Numbered from the stretch's first letter, positions 37,609 to 46,788 are shown. The stretch is 64,000 bases of DNA from Gammaproteobacteria bacterium (GCA_027315405.1 DAHUYB010000035.1:2710-66709), one strand, 5' to 3'. Numbers and translations are program-made. Notes: generated from the letters alone by a model not told the origin.

Positions 37609-38853
37609 ATGTTTGATTACCGTGCGCGCGTATTGCACGCGGAATCCATGAGTCTGGAACTGCTGGCGCAGCGTTTCGGCACGCCGCTGTACGTATATTC
37701 CAAAGCCGCGATGCTCTCAGCCTGGCAGCGTTTTACCCAGGCGTGCGGCGGCCATCCTCATTGCGTGTGTTATGCCGTCAAGGCCAACAGCAGCCTGGCG
37801 ATCCTGCAACTGCTGGCGAAACTCGGCGCTGGTTTCGATATCGTGTCAGTCGGCGAACTGGAACGGGTGCTGCGGGCGGGTGGCAATCCCGGCGGTATCG
37901 TGTTCTCGGGCGTAGGCAAGCGCGAAGATGAATTGCGGCGGGCGCTCGAGATCGGCATCCACTGCTTCAACGTGGAATCCGAGGCGGAACTGCTGCGGCT
38001 GTCGGCGCTCGCCGATAGCCAGGGCAAGACCGCCGCCATCGCATTGCGCATCAACCCGCAGGTGGAAACCGGCACCCATCCGCATATCGCCACCGGCCAC
38101 CGCGACGCCAAATTCGGCATCAATAGCGGGCTTGCCGAAGCACTGTATCGGCGCGCGGCCAGTCTTCCCGGCATCCGTATTATCGGCATTGCCTGCCACA
38201 TCGGCTCGCAAATCACACAACCAGCCCCCTTCCTGGATGCCGCCCGGTGCGTCATGGCGCTGGTGGACCGTCTGCTTGAAAACGGCATCCTGCTGGAGCA
38301 TGTGGATTTCGGCGGCGGCTTCGGCGTGCGTTACCAGGCTGAGCCCCGCTTAGATGTCAGCGCTCTCATTTCACAACTGCGCGCGCTGGTGGAAAAGCCT
38401 GGATTGAAGTTGCTCCTGGAGCCCGGACGCGCGCTGGTGGCCGAAGCCGGCGCATTGCTGACCCGGGTGGAATACTTGAAGACAACCGATCAAGGCCGCT
38501 TCGTGGTCGTGGATGCGGGTATGAGCGAGCTCATCCGTCCGCCCTTATATGGTGCCTGGCATGAGATCCGTGCCGTGACTCTGCGCCCCGGCATGCCATC
38601 GGAAATCTACGATATCGCGGGACCGGTGTGTGAATCGGCGGACTTTCTGGGGCGCGGACGCCGGCTCGCCGTACAAACAGGAGATCTGCTGGCGGTCATG
38701 GACGCGGGGGCCTACGGATTCTCCATGAGTTCAAATTACAATTCCCGGCCGCGCGCCGCCGAGGTGCTGGTGGATGATGAACAGGTAACGCTCATCCGGC
38801 GCCGCGAAACACTCGACGACTTGATGGCCCAGGAAGAATTGCTATCTGGATGA
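37609..38853 (+). CDS. lysA: diaminopimelate decarboxylase
   Basis: FGTPLYVYS, the PLP-lysine motif YAVKANS, HIGSQ, EPGRALV and CESAD motifs. 414 aa. Confidence 0.95.
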   Translation: MFDYRARVLHAESMSLELLAQRFGTPLYVYSKAAMLSAWQRFTQACGGHPHCVCYAVKANSSLAILQLLAKLGAGFDIVSVGELERVLRAGGNPGGIVFSGVGKREDELRRALEIGIHCFNVESEAELLRLSALADSQGKTAAIALRINPQVETGTHPHIATGHRDAKFGINSGLAEALYRRAASLPGIRIIGIACHIGSQITQPAPFLDAARCVMALVDRLLENGILLEHVDFGGGFGVRYQAEPRLDVSALISQLRALVEKPGLKLLLEPGRALVAEAGALLTRVEYLKTTDQGRFVVVDAGMSELIRPPLYGAWHEIRAVTLRPGMPSEIYDIAGPVCESADFLGRGRRLAVQTGDLLAVMDAGAYGFSMSSNYNSRPRAAEVLVDDEQVTLIRRRETLDDLMAQEELLSG

Positions 38854-38943
38854 GTGGCTGGGTTCCTTTCGCCGCATACGCAGTTGCGGCACCCTGTCGC
38901 AGGTATTACTATTATCAGTGTAAGTAATACCTTGGGAGACGAT

Positions 38944-39180
38944 ATGAATACCGCACTCACGAGCAAAGGGCAGGTTACCATCCCCAAGAAGATCCGCGAC
39001 GCGCTGCAACTGACACCCGGCAGCCGCGTGGAATTCAACGTCAATGCCGACGGCCAGGTGGTACTGCACAAGGCAGGCGCACAGCGGCGCAACAAACTGG
39101 ACCGTTTCGAGCGGGTGCGCGGCCGGGCGCAGATCAAGTGGCGCACCGATCAGCTCATGGCCCTGCTGCGGGGCGATTGA
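38944..39180 (+). CDS. vapB: AbrB/MazE/SpoVT-family antitoxin (VapB-type)
   Basis: SKGQVTIPKKIRDALQLTPGSRVEF is the swapped-hairpin motif. 78 aa. Its stop overlaps the ATG of the PIN gene by 1 nt. Confidence 0.8.
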   Translation: MNTALTSKGQVTIPKKIRDALQLTPGSRVEFNVNADGQVVLHKAGAQRRNKLDRFERVRGRAQIKWRTDQLMALLRGD

Positions 39181-39581
39181 TGCTGTTGGTTGACACCAAT
39201 GTGCTCGTGGACGTGCTGGAAGACGATCCCGAATGGGCCGACTGGTCCATCAGCCGCTTGCGGGCGCAGGCGCAGGTACACGAACTGGCGATCAATCCCG
39301 TTATTTACGCGCAGCTTTCGCTGACGTTTGCGTCGGTGGAAACACTGGACCGGGCGGTGCGTGATCTTGCCCTGGAGATGCTGGAGCTTCCGCGTCCCGC
39401 CCTGTTTCTGGCCGGCAAGGCCTTCGCCAAATACCGCCGCGCCGGCGGACGCAAAAGCAACGTACTCGCCGACTTCTTCGTGGGCGCGCACGCGGCAGTG
39501 CTCGGTTGCGGCATCCTGACACGCGATCCGCGCCGGTATCGGTCGTATTTCCTTACTGTTCCTCTGATAACGCCGGAGTGA
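39180..39581 (+). CDS. vapC: PIN-domain ribonuclease toxin (VapC-type)
   Basis: MLLVDTNVLVD, with later acidic residues in ADFFVGAHA and ILTRDPRRY. 133 aa. Confidence 0.8.
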   Translation: MLLVDTNVLVDVLEDDPEWADWSISRLRAQAQVHELAINPVIYAQLSLTFASVETLDRAVRDLALEMLELPRPALFLAGKAFAKYRRAGGRKSNVLADFFVGAHAAVLGCGILTRDPRRYRSYFLTVPLITPE

Positions 39582-39597
39582 CCTCTGCGGAGCAAAA

Positions 39598-39822
39598 ATG
39601 GCCAACACCGTCTTCTACTCCTGGCAAAAAGATGCTCCTGAGAACATCGGATTCGGCTTCATCGAAGAAGCGCTCAAGGCTGCCCTGAATGAGCTTCATA
39701 CCGACATAACCCTCGACAAAGCCTTGAACAGCGATCCCATCGCCGCATTACATCCATTCACGGTAAAGCTATACGATAGTTGCGGGCTATCCCCGCCAGT
39801 GACTGCTGTGAACGCAGGATAG
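39598..39822 (+). pseudogene. N-terminal gene fragment (MANTVFYSWQKD...), truncated after about 50 meaningful residues
   Basis: The opening MANTVFYSWQKDAPENIGFGFIEEALKAALNEL looks like the start of a larger protein. The ORF ends after 74 aa just before polA. Confidence 0.4.
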
Positions 39823-39851
39823 TTCTCATTCCGAATTACCAGGCAACGCTC

Positions 39852-42644
39852 ATGCCGGAAAACGCTAAAACAGGCACCCCCATGTTAAGTGGCCAGCAGA
39901 AACCGCTCATTCTGGTGGACGGCTCCTCGTATTTATATCGGGCGTTCTACGCCCTGCCACCGCTCAGCAACTCCCGCGGCGAACCCACCGGCGCGGTACG
40001 CGGCGTGGCCGCGATGCTCAAGAAGTTGCTGGCGGAGCATGCGCCTGAGCGGATCGCGGTGGTGTTCGACGCCCGCGGCAAGACTTTCCGCGATGAACTT
40101 TTCCAGGAATACAAGGCCAACCGGCCGCCCATGCCGGACGACATGGGCCTGCAAATCGAGCCGCTGCACGCGCTGGTGAAAGCACTCGGCTTTCCGGTGC
40201 TGCAGATTTCGGGTGTGGAAGCCGACGATGTCATCGGCACGCTGGCGAAACAGGCGGCGGATGCCGGACAAGCGGTGCTGATCTCCACCGGCGACAAGGA
40301 CATGGGCCAGCTGGTTAACGAGCACGTGACGCTGGTAAATACCATGACCGGTACGTTGCTGGACCGCGATGGCGTGAAACAAAAGTTCGACGTCTGGCCG
40401 GAACAGATGATTGATTATCTGGCGTTGGTGGGTGACAGCTCCGACAACATCCCGGGTGTGTCCGGCATCGGCCCCAAGACCGCGGCGCCGTTGCTGGCCC
40501 ACTTCGGCAGCCTCGAAATCCTGTACCAGCGGCTCGATGAGATCCCCCAGCTTGCCATCCGCGGCGCCAAGCAATTGCCCGGGAAACTGCGGGACCAGCG
40601 CGAACAGGCCATGCTCTCGCGCCAGCTGGCGGTCATCCGCTGCGACGTACCGTTGCCGGTAAAACCGCAAGACTTGACGATGCGCACGCCGGACCTGGGT
40701 AGCTTGCGGGAGCTATATACGCGTCTCGAATTCAAAACCTGGCTGCGCCAGCTTGACGGCGATACGCAGGAGAATACGGATAAAACTACCCCGGTGGTCG
40801 TTTCTTCTGCACGCAGCACGCAGCACGCAGCACCTGCGGCCAACTATGAAACCATACTGGATGAAAAGAATCTGGGTAAATGGATCGCGCGGCTCGAAGC
40901 TGCCGAACTGTTCGCCTTCGACACCGAAACTACCAGCCTGGATTACATGCAAGCGGAAATTGTCGGCATCTCCTTCGCGGTGAAGAGCGGCGAAGCGGCT
41001 TATGTACCGCTGGCACACAGCTACGCGGATGCCCCGAAACAGCTTGGGCGCGAGCGGGTGCTCAAGCGTTTGCGGCCGCTGCTGGAAAACCCGAAACATT
41101 CCAAGCTCGGTCATCACATCAAATACGACGCCCATGTGCTCAGGAACCAGGGGGTGTATCTTCAGGGCATGCGCTACGACTCCATGCTCGAGTCCTACGT
41201 ACTGGACAGCACTGCCAGCCGCCATGACATGGACTCGCTGGCGGAAAAATACCTGGATTACCGGACCATTCACTACCAAGACGTGGCTGGCAAGGGCGCT
41301 AAACAGATCGGCTTCGAGCAGGTGCGCATCGCAGAGGCCACACGCTATTCAGCCGAGGACGCTGACGTAACCCTGCGCCTGCACCAGATCCTGTGGCCGC
41401 GACTCGCCGCCACCCCGGGGCTGCGCAAGGTGTTCGAGGAAATCGAAATGCCGCTGATACCGGTGCTGCTGGACATGGAACATGACGGTGTACTCATCGA
41501 TACCGGGATGCTCAAGATACAGAGCGGCGAGATCGCCCAAGCCCTGCGCAAGCTGGAACTGCGTGCCCACAAACTCGCCGGTCAGCCCTTCAACCTGGAT
41601 TCGCCCAAACAATTGCAAACGATATTATTCGAGAAGATGCAATTGCCTCCACTACGCAAGACGCCTGGCGGCCAGCCGTCCACGGCCGAGGATGTGATGG
41701 AGGAACTGGCGGCGGATTTCGAATTGCCGAAGGTGATTCTGGAATATCGCGGTTTGAACAAGCTCAAATCCACCTACACCGACAAACTGCCGGCACAGGT
41801 GGATCCAAAAACCGGGCGTGTGCACACCTCCTATCATCAGGCGGTGGCTGCCACCGGCCGACTGTCGTCCACTGATCCTAACCTGCAGAATATCCCGGTG
41901 CGCACCGCCGAGGGCCGGCGTATCCGTCAGGCATTTATTGCGCCCAAAGGTCACAAAATCCTGGCGGCGGATTATTCACAGATCGAACTGCGCATCATGG
42001 CGCACTTGTCCGGCGATGCCGGACTGCTCGGCGCCTTCGAGAAAGGCCTGGACATCCACCGCGCCACCGCCGCGGAGGTATTCGATGCGACGCCCGATAC
42101 CGTCAGCGACGAACAACGGCGTTCGGCGAAAGCCATCAACTTCGGATTGATTTACGGCATGTCGGCCTTCGGTCTGGCGAAGCAGCTGGGAATTGAACGC
42201 GCCGCGGCTCAGGCCTACGTGGATCTGTACTTTGCACGCTACCCCGGCGTCAAGACTTTTATGGACCGCACCCGCGAGATCGCGCGGGAACAGGGCTATG
42301 TGGAAACGGTGTTCGGCCGGCGCCTATATCTGCCCGACATCCGCGCGCACAACGCGCAAGTGCGCCAATACGCCGAACGTACCGCTATCAACGCACCCAT
42401 GCAGGGTACCACCGCCGATATCATCAAGCGTGCCATGATTGCCGTACATCGCTGGCTTAAGGAAAGCGGCACACGTGCGCGCATGATTATGCAAGTGCAT
42501 GATGAATTGGTGTTCGAGGCGGAAGAAAATGCGCTGGATACTTTAAAACACGAAGTCACCAAGCTCATGGCCGGCGCGGCACAACTCAAAGTTCCGCTGG
42601 TGGTGGGCGTGGGTGTGGGCAGCAACTGGGATGAAGCCCATTAA
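39852..42644 (+). CDS. polA: DNA polymerase I
   Basis: 5'-nuclease LILVDGSSYLYRAFYA, 3'-5' exonuclease FAFDTETTSLD, and polymerase motifs DYSQIELRIMAH and QVHDELVFE. Start ATG 39852 (39882 is also possible). Confidence 0.95.
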   Translation: MPENAKTGTPMLSGQQKPLILVDGSSYLYRAFYALPPLSNSRGEPTGAVRGVAAMLKKLLAEHAPERIAVVFDARGKTFRDELFQEYKANRPPMPDDMGLQIEPLHALVKALGFPVLQISGVEADDVIGTLAKQAADAGQAVLISTGDKDMGQLVNEHVTLVNTMTGTLLDRDGVKQKFDVWPEQMIDYLALVGDSSDNIPGVSGIGPKTAAPLLAHFGSLEILYQRLDEIPQLAIRGAKQLPGKLRDQREQAMLSRQLAVIRCDVPLPVKPQDLTMRTPDLGSLRELYTRLEFKTWLRQLDGDTQENTDKTTPVVVSSARSTQHAAPAANYETILDEKNLGKWIARLEAAELFAFDTETTSLDYMQAEIVGISFAVKSGEAAYVPLAHSYADAPKQLGRERVLKRLRPLLENPKHSKLGHHIKYDAHVLRNQGVYLQGMRYDSMLESYVLDSTASRHDMDSLAEKYLDYRTIHYQDVAGKGAKQIGFEQVRIAEATRYSAEDADVTLRLHQILWPRLAATPGLRKVFEEIEMPLIPVLLDMEHDGVLIDTGMLKIQSGEIAQALRKLELRAHKLAGQPFNLDSPKQLQTILFEKMQLPPLRKTPGGQPSTAEDVMEELAADFELPKVILEYRGLNKLKSTYTDKLPAQVDPKTGRVHTSYHQAVAATGRLSSTDPNLQNIPVRTAEGRRIRQAFIAPKGHKILAADYSQIELRIMAHLSGDAGLLGAFEKGLDIHRATAAEVFDATPDTVSDEQRRSAKAINFGLIYGMSAFGLAKQLGIERAAAQAYVDLYFARYPGVKTFMDRTREIAREQGYVETVFGRRLYLPDIRAHNAQVRQYAERTAINAPMQGTTADIIKRAMIAVHRWLKESGTRARMIMQVHDELVFEAEENALDTLKHEVTKLMAGAAQLKVPLVVGVGVGSNWDEAH

Positions 42645-42846
42645 AAAATCTGCGAAATACAGACACCGGAGTTGCCTGTGTCCATGAGTCTTCGTGACTC
42701 GGCTATCTTGCCGGCGTTGGTCGTGTAACGTTTTGAAACACTTTCCAGAAATGGTTTGAAACCTACATAAATTCAAAAAAATCGCAGGAATCCGGATATT
42801 TTTGTTGCGCCGCGGAACTTTTCCAGGGACAGGATCCTCAAACCCT

Positions 42847-42972
42847 ATGAGCGCCGCAATAGCGCTCATCCCGCTCACCTCCCTGAGCGGGGAAAGCCAC
42901 CCGGTCTCCCCCAAGCCGAGTGGAGTAATTAACCCCGGCGTTTACCCCTTTAGCGCCGGGGTTTCTTTTTTT
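42847..42972 (+). ncRNA. candidate small RNA or structured polA 3' region
   Basis: Two perfect 8-bp hairpins (42847-42869, 42870-42891) plus a 10-bp GC-rich terminator with a T-run. No credible ORF. Family not recognised. Confidence 0.3.
42931..42972 (+). terminator. intrinsic terminator
   Basis: AACCCCGGCG-N13-CGCCGGGGTT followed by TCTTTTTTT. Confidence 0.75.
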
Positions 42973-42981
42973 CCTTACGGC

Positions 42982-43572
42982 TCAGGGGCTTGACAGCCAG
43001 GTGCTGATCACCTGGCGGGCAGCATCGACCCCGCTTTTGGAAAGTGCTGAGAATAGCTGCACCTGCGCCTGAGCTTGAAGCCGTTGCACCACCTGGCGCT
43101 GCGCCGCCACCGCCGCGCTGCGGGAAAGCTTGTCAGCCTTGCTGAGCAACACCAGCACCGGCAGCCGCAAGGGAGCTGTCCAGGCAAGCAAGCGGCTGTC
43201 GAATTCCGTGAGGGGATGGCGCGCATCCATCACCAACACCAGGCCCGCGAGCGCGCCGCGAGCGCTGAAATAATTCTCCAGTAGCCGCCCCCACTGACGT
43301 TGCACCGCCAACGGCACACGCGCATAGCCATACCCCGGCAGGTCCACCAAATAGCGTGCCTCTGAGACCGCGAAGAAATTGAGCAGCTGGGTGCGGCCGG
43401 GTGTTTTGCTCACGCGCGCCAAACCCTTGACCCCGGTGATGGCATTCAAGGCGCTGGATTTGCCGGAATTGGAACGCCCGGCGAAAGCCACTTCACGGCC
43501 GCTATCCGGCGGCAAATCCCCCAGGCTGGCGGCGCTTTTCAAAAAGCGGGTATGACGAAAATCAGCGACCAT
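42982..43572 (-). CDS. engB: ribosome-biogenesis GTPase EngB/YihA
   Basis: G1 motif GRSNSGKSS, DLPGYGY, and LLSKADK (NKxD-like). 196 aa. Confidence 0.9.
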   Translation of the reverse strand: MVADFRHTRFLKSAASLGDLPPDSGREVAFAGRSNSGKSSALNAITGVKGLARVSKTPGRTQLLNFFAVSEARYLVDLPGYGYARVPLAVQRQWGRLLENYFSARGALAGLVLVMDARHPLTEFDSRLLAWTAPLRLPVLVLLSKADKLSRSAAVAAQRQVVQRLQAQAQVQLFSALSKSGVDAARQVISTWLSSP

Positions 43573-43714
43573 GGGGGCGTTTCCGGTGGAGCAGGCTCGA
43601 GAGCCTGGTGTAAAATCCAGCCCTCATTTACGGCGGACTCGCCCGGGGCTGCGTTCCCACGAGCATATCCCATGACCGCCGTGCCGTGTGCTTTCCCATA
43701 AGGAGCTCTGGCCC

Positions 43715-44332
43715 ATGAACAAGTTTGTGATGATGGCAGCTGCGGTCAGTGTTCTTGCACTCGTTGGCAACGCAAACGCCAATGACAACGCCGCTGCCGG
43801 CCAGGTTAAAGCCGCGATGTGCGCCGCCTGTCATGGCGCCGACGGCAATAGCGTCAGCCCCCAATTCCCCAAGCTCGCCGGTCAGAACGCGGGCTACATC
43901 GTGCGGGAACTCGAACGCTTCAAGTCCGGTGAGCGCAAAAACCCCATCATGGCGGGCATGGCTGCAGGCCTGAGCGCGCAGGACATGCAGAACCTGGCGG
44001 CCTGGTTCTCCAGCCAGACGGTGAAGACCGGTGAAGCGGACCCGAGCCTGGTCAAAGTCGGCGAAACGCTTTACCGCGGCGGCGACCAGGCTACCGGCAT
44101 TCCAGCCTGCCTCGCTTGTCATGGCCCGGATGGCTCCGGCAACGAACCAATGCCGATTCCGGCACTCGCCGGCCAACACGCGGATTACGTGGTGACTCAG
44201 TTGCAGGCATTTGCCGCTGGCGCCCGCAAGTCACCCATGATGGACCCCATTGCTTCACGGCTCACGTCGGCGCAAATGCAAGCCGTGGCCTCCTATATTC
44301 AGGGTCTGCACAGCACCCCGATTCAGCCCTGA
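43715..44332 (+). CDS. dihaem cytochrome c4
   Basis: Signal peptide plus two CxxCH sites (CAACHG, CLACHG), each followed by a Met-containing segment. AGGAG precedes ATG 43715. Confidence 0.85.
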   Translation: MNKFVMMAAAVSVLALVGNANANDNAAAGQVKAAMCAACHGADGNSVSPQFPKLAGQNAGYIVRELERFKSGERKNPIMAGMAAGLSAQDMQNLAAWFSSQTVKTGEADPSLVKVGETLYRGGDQATGIPACLACHGPDGSGNEPMPIPALAGQHADYVVTQLQAFAAGARKSPMMDPIASRLTSAQMQAVASYIQGLHSTPIQP

Positions 44333-44366
44333 CACGGCTGAACTTTTGGCGTGCCACACCCTCTGA

Positions 44367-45071
44367 ATGGCTACAACTCACCTTGAGTGGAGTCGCGTTA
44401 CGGAAAAACATATAAACAGATTCAGGCTTACCGCCATGCTGGCGCTCGCTCTTGCAGCCGGCGCCAGCATCGCTGCCAGCGCGCCCGAACCCTATAAGGA
44501 GGGTGTCAACTACATCCCGGTGATGCCGGCCCAGCCCGTGAGCGTCAATCCGGGCCAGGTCGAGGTACTGGAATTTTTCTGGTACGGCAGTCCGCAATGT
44601 TTCGCGCTGGAGCCCTACCTGCAATCCTGGGACAAGGGCAAGGCCGCAAATGTGGTGCTGATCCGGGTACCGGCCGCCCTCAATCCGCAATGGGATCTGG
44701 CGGCGCGCGCTTATTACACCGCTCTGCAATTGAACCTCGGCGAACAGGTAAATGCCGTAATCTATGCCGCCATCCATATCAGCCATCGCAACCTCGCGAG
44801 CGCCGCGGATTATCAGAACCTGTTCACCAGCCAGCTGGGCGTTGATGCCAAGCAGTTCGAAACTGCCTGGAATTCGCTGGCGGTGGACGCGCAGATTTCC
44901 CAAGCCAAGGTGCTAGCACAGCGCTACGGCATCAACAAAGTTCCTGCCTTCACGGTGAATGGCAAATGGCTCACCGGCATTGGCTTTCACTTGAGCGGTG
45001 CTCAGATGATTGGCGCTGTCAACTGGCTGGCACAACGGGAACAAGCGCTGCTACCCCCGGGTACATTTTAA
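44367..45071 (+). CDS. DsbA-like thioredoxin-fold protein with SPQC in place of the CPHC active site
   Basis: Collinear with the downstream DsbA (VNPGQVEVLEFFWYG-SPQC-F, cis-Pro loop KVPAF). The start codon is uncertain: the hydrophobic core starts at MLALALAAGASIAASA, ATG 44436. Confidence 0.7.
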   Translation: MATTHLEWSRVTEKHINRFRLTAMLALALAAGASIAASAPEPYKEGVNYIPVMPAQPVSVNPGQVEVLEFFWYGSPQCFALEPYLQSWDKGKAANVVLIRVPAALNPQWDLAARAYYTALQLNLGEQVNAVIYAAIHISHRNLASAADYQNLFTSQLGVDAKQFETAWNSLAVDAQISQAKVLAQRYGINKVPAFTVNGKWLTGIGFHLSGAQMIGAVNWLAQREQALLPPGTF

Positions 45072-45121
45072 AAACTGCTTTTTAACCCTTCGCCATCTCG
45101 GCGAATTGCGGGAGGATTGAG

Positions 45122-45790
45122 ATGAAAAAACTTAAGGTACTGACTATGGGACTGCTGGCTATCGGCGCGCTGGCGGTGAGCGCAGCGGCGCTGGCCACCA
45201 ACACTTCCAGCTTTCAGGAAGGCGTGAATTATGTGCCGGTGTCACCGGCCCAACCCACGAGTGTCAATCCGGGCCAAATCGAAGTGATCGAATTTTTCTG
45301 GTACGGGTGTCCACATTGCTTCGGCGTGGAGCCTTATGTGGAGGCCTGGTTAAAACACAAGCCCGCGAATGTGGTCTTCAAGCGTATCCCCGGTGCCTTT
45401 ACGGGCGGTGAGCATTGGGATGTTGATGCCAAGGCGTTTTACACCGCCCAGGCCCTCGGCATCGGTGAAAAAATCCATGAGCCGCTGTTCAACGCCATCC
45501 ATCTGCAGAATCAGTACAACCTGACCAGCAGCCAGAGCGCCCTGCAGAAGTTCTTCACCAACTATGGCGTCAGCAAGCAGCAATTCGATTCCACCTGGAA
45601 CTCCTTCGGGGTACAGCTCAAGGTGAATCAGGCACTGCAGACCGAACAACGCTACGGACTGCAGGGCGTACCCACGTTCATCATCGATGGCAAGTGGATG
45701 ACCGGCGCCGGCTATCAAATGCCGTATCCGGAAATCGTCAAGTGCGTGCAATTCCTGGTGCAACAGGAAGAAGCGGCCCTCAAAAAATAA
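45122..45790 (+). CDS. dsbA: thiol:disulfide interchange protein DsbA
   Basis: Signal peptide, FFWYGCPHCF active site, cis-Pro loop GVPTF. 222 aa. Confidence 0.9.
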   Translation: MKKLKVLTMGLLAIGALAVSAAALATNTSSFQEGVNYVPVSPAQPTSVNPGQIEVIEFFWYGCPHCFGVEPYVEAWLKHKPANVVFKRIPGAFTGGEHWDVDAKAFYTAQALGIGEKIHEPLFNAIHLQNQYNLTSSQSALQKFFTNYGVSKQQFDSTWNSFGVQLKVNQALQTEQRYGLQGVPTFIIDGKWMTGAGYQMPYPEIVKCVQFLVQQEEAALKK

Positions 45791-45812
45791 CCTTGGGTTT
45801 AATGCAGAAAAA

Positions 45813-45838
45813 GCCGGGGCTTGCGGCCCCGGTCTTTT
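45813..45838. terminator. bidirectional intrinsic terminator between dsbA and the convergent pseudogene
   Basis: CCGGGGC-TTGCG-GCCCCGG stem, flanked by GAAAAA on the left and TCTTTT on the right. Confidence 0.65.
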
Positions 45839-45856
45839 AATTCCGATAGCGATGGC

Positions 45857-46651
45857 TCAGTTTTTCGTATAACCCGCCGGTACCTCGAACAACGAGCCGG
45901 AGAGGCTGCCGGTATCCAGGCTTTTCAACTCGGTATGCGAAGTAAAGATCACGCTCAGACCATCGGTGTTCTGCTGCGGCTGGTTCTGTGCTTGCTTTTC
46001 GGCGGTCTTGGCGAGCAGCCCGCTCAACATCCCGCCCAGGCCCGACGGGGGCGCGGAGCTTTGCTGGGTTTGCGGCTGCGGTTGATTGTCAGCGCCGCAG
46101 CTGCTGAAAACGCGGATTATCGGAGTTCCATAACTCCGTGGTCATGAGGCTGCGGCTGCGTTCGTGGGTTTTGGGATTCTCGGTTTCCACGTCCCAGGTC
46201 ACCTCATAGTTGCGGGTATTGAAGCCGTTGATAACTCGGGTTTTGCCGGTATCGCACATTGCTCTGCTGCCGGCGCGGCGGGCTGGATGCGTCGCCGGAC
46301 GGGCAGCGGCGTACAGATAGGACGTTCGCTGTAGGTTCGCTTGTCGGGATGAAGTTCAATCTGCGTGTTTTGATCCACCCGGTAGAGATAGTGATGTCGC
46401 CGCCGCCCTGCGGGCCGTGCGCCATCCATTGTCTGCAGGGTGCCGAGCACCGCGCCGGTGAACTTGATGCGGGTGTCAGTGCGTTTGGTGTGTCCCTGCA
46501 GATAGCTGGTATCGCTGGCGCCCACCCCGGCACCCCCCCCGAAATGGGTTATGGTTTGCACTGTCACGCCCGCTTGGACGGTGGAAATTGCCATCCCCAA
46601 GGTCATCCCCAGAGCGGCAGTCAACGCAATTTTGCGGCTAACGTTTATCAT
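45857..46651 (-). pseudogene. secreted protein of unknown function, disrupted by two frameshifts
   Basis: Three collinear protein-like segments lie in three frames. A: MINVSRKIALTAALGMTLGMAISTVQA...HPDKRTYSERP. B: CDTGKTRVINGFNTRNYEVTWDVETENPKTHERSRSLMTTELWNSDNP. C: ...GLGGMLSGLLAK...GLSVIFTSHTELKSLDTGSLSGSLFEVPAGYTKN, with the stop at 45857-45859. Confidence 0.6.
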
Positions 46652-46788
46652 TTTGACTCCCCCGGTATCTATGCCATCAACAAAAGTGCACTGTATAAGC
46701 CGAAGCGCGGCGCTTGCCAACAGGGGGGCTGGTAAACCCCGGCGGTTCCATTACACTTCACCCCCCTCAAGGATGATCGCAAGCACCC

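Noticed and set aside
42645-42981. Calling the polA-downstream element Spot 42 (spf)
   Set aside because: Only the genomic position is analogous. I cannot see the spf sequence or its characteristic single-stranded UA-rich pairing regions, so it stays an unnamed candidate.
45821-46147. 108-aa plus-strand ORF after dsbA
   Set aside because: The minus strand here encodes clearly protein-like segments of the frameshifted secreted-protein gene. The plus-strand ORF begins inside the dsbA terminator.
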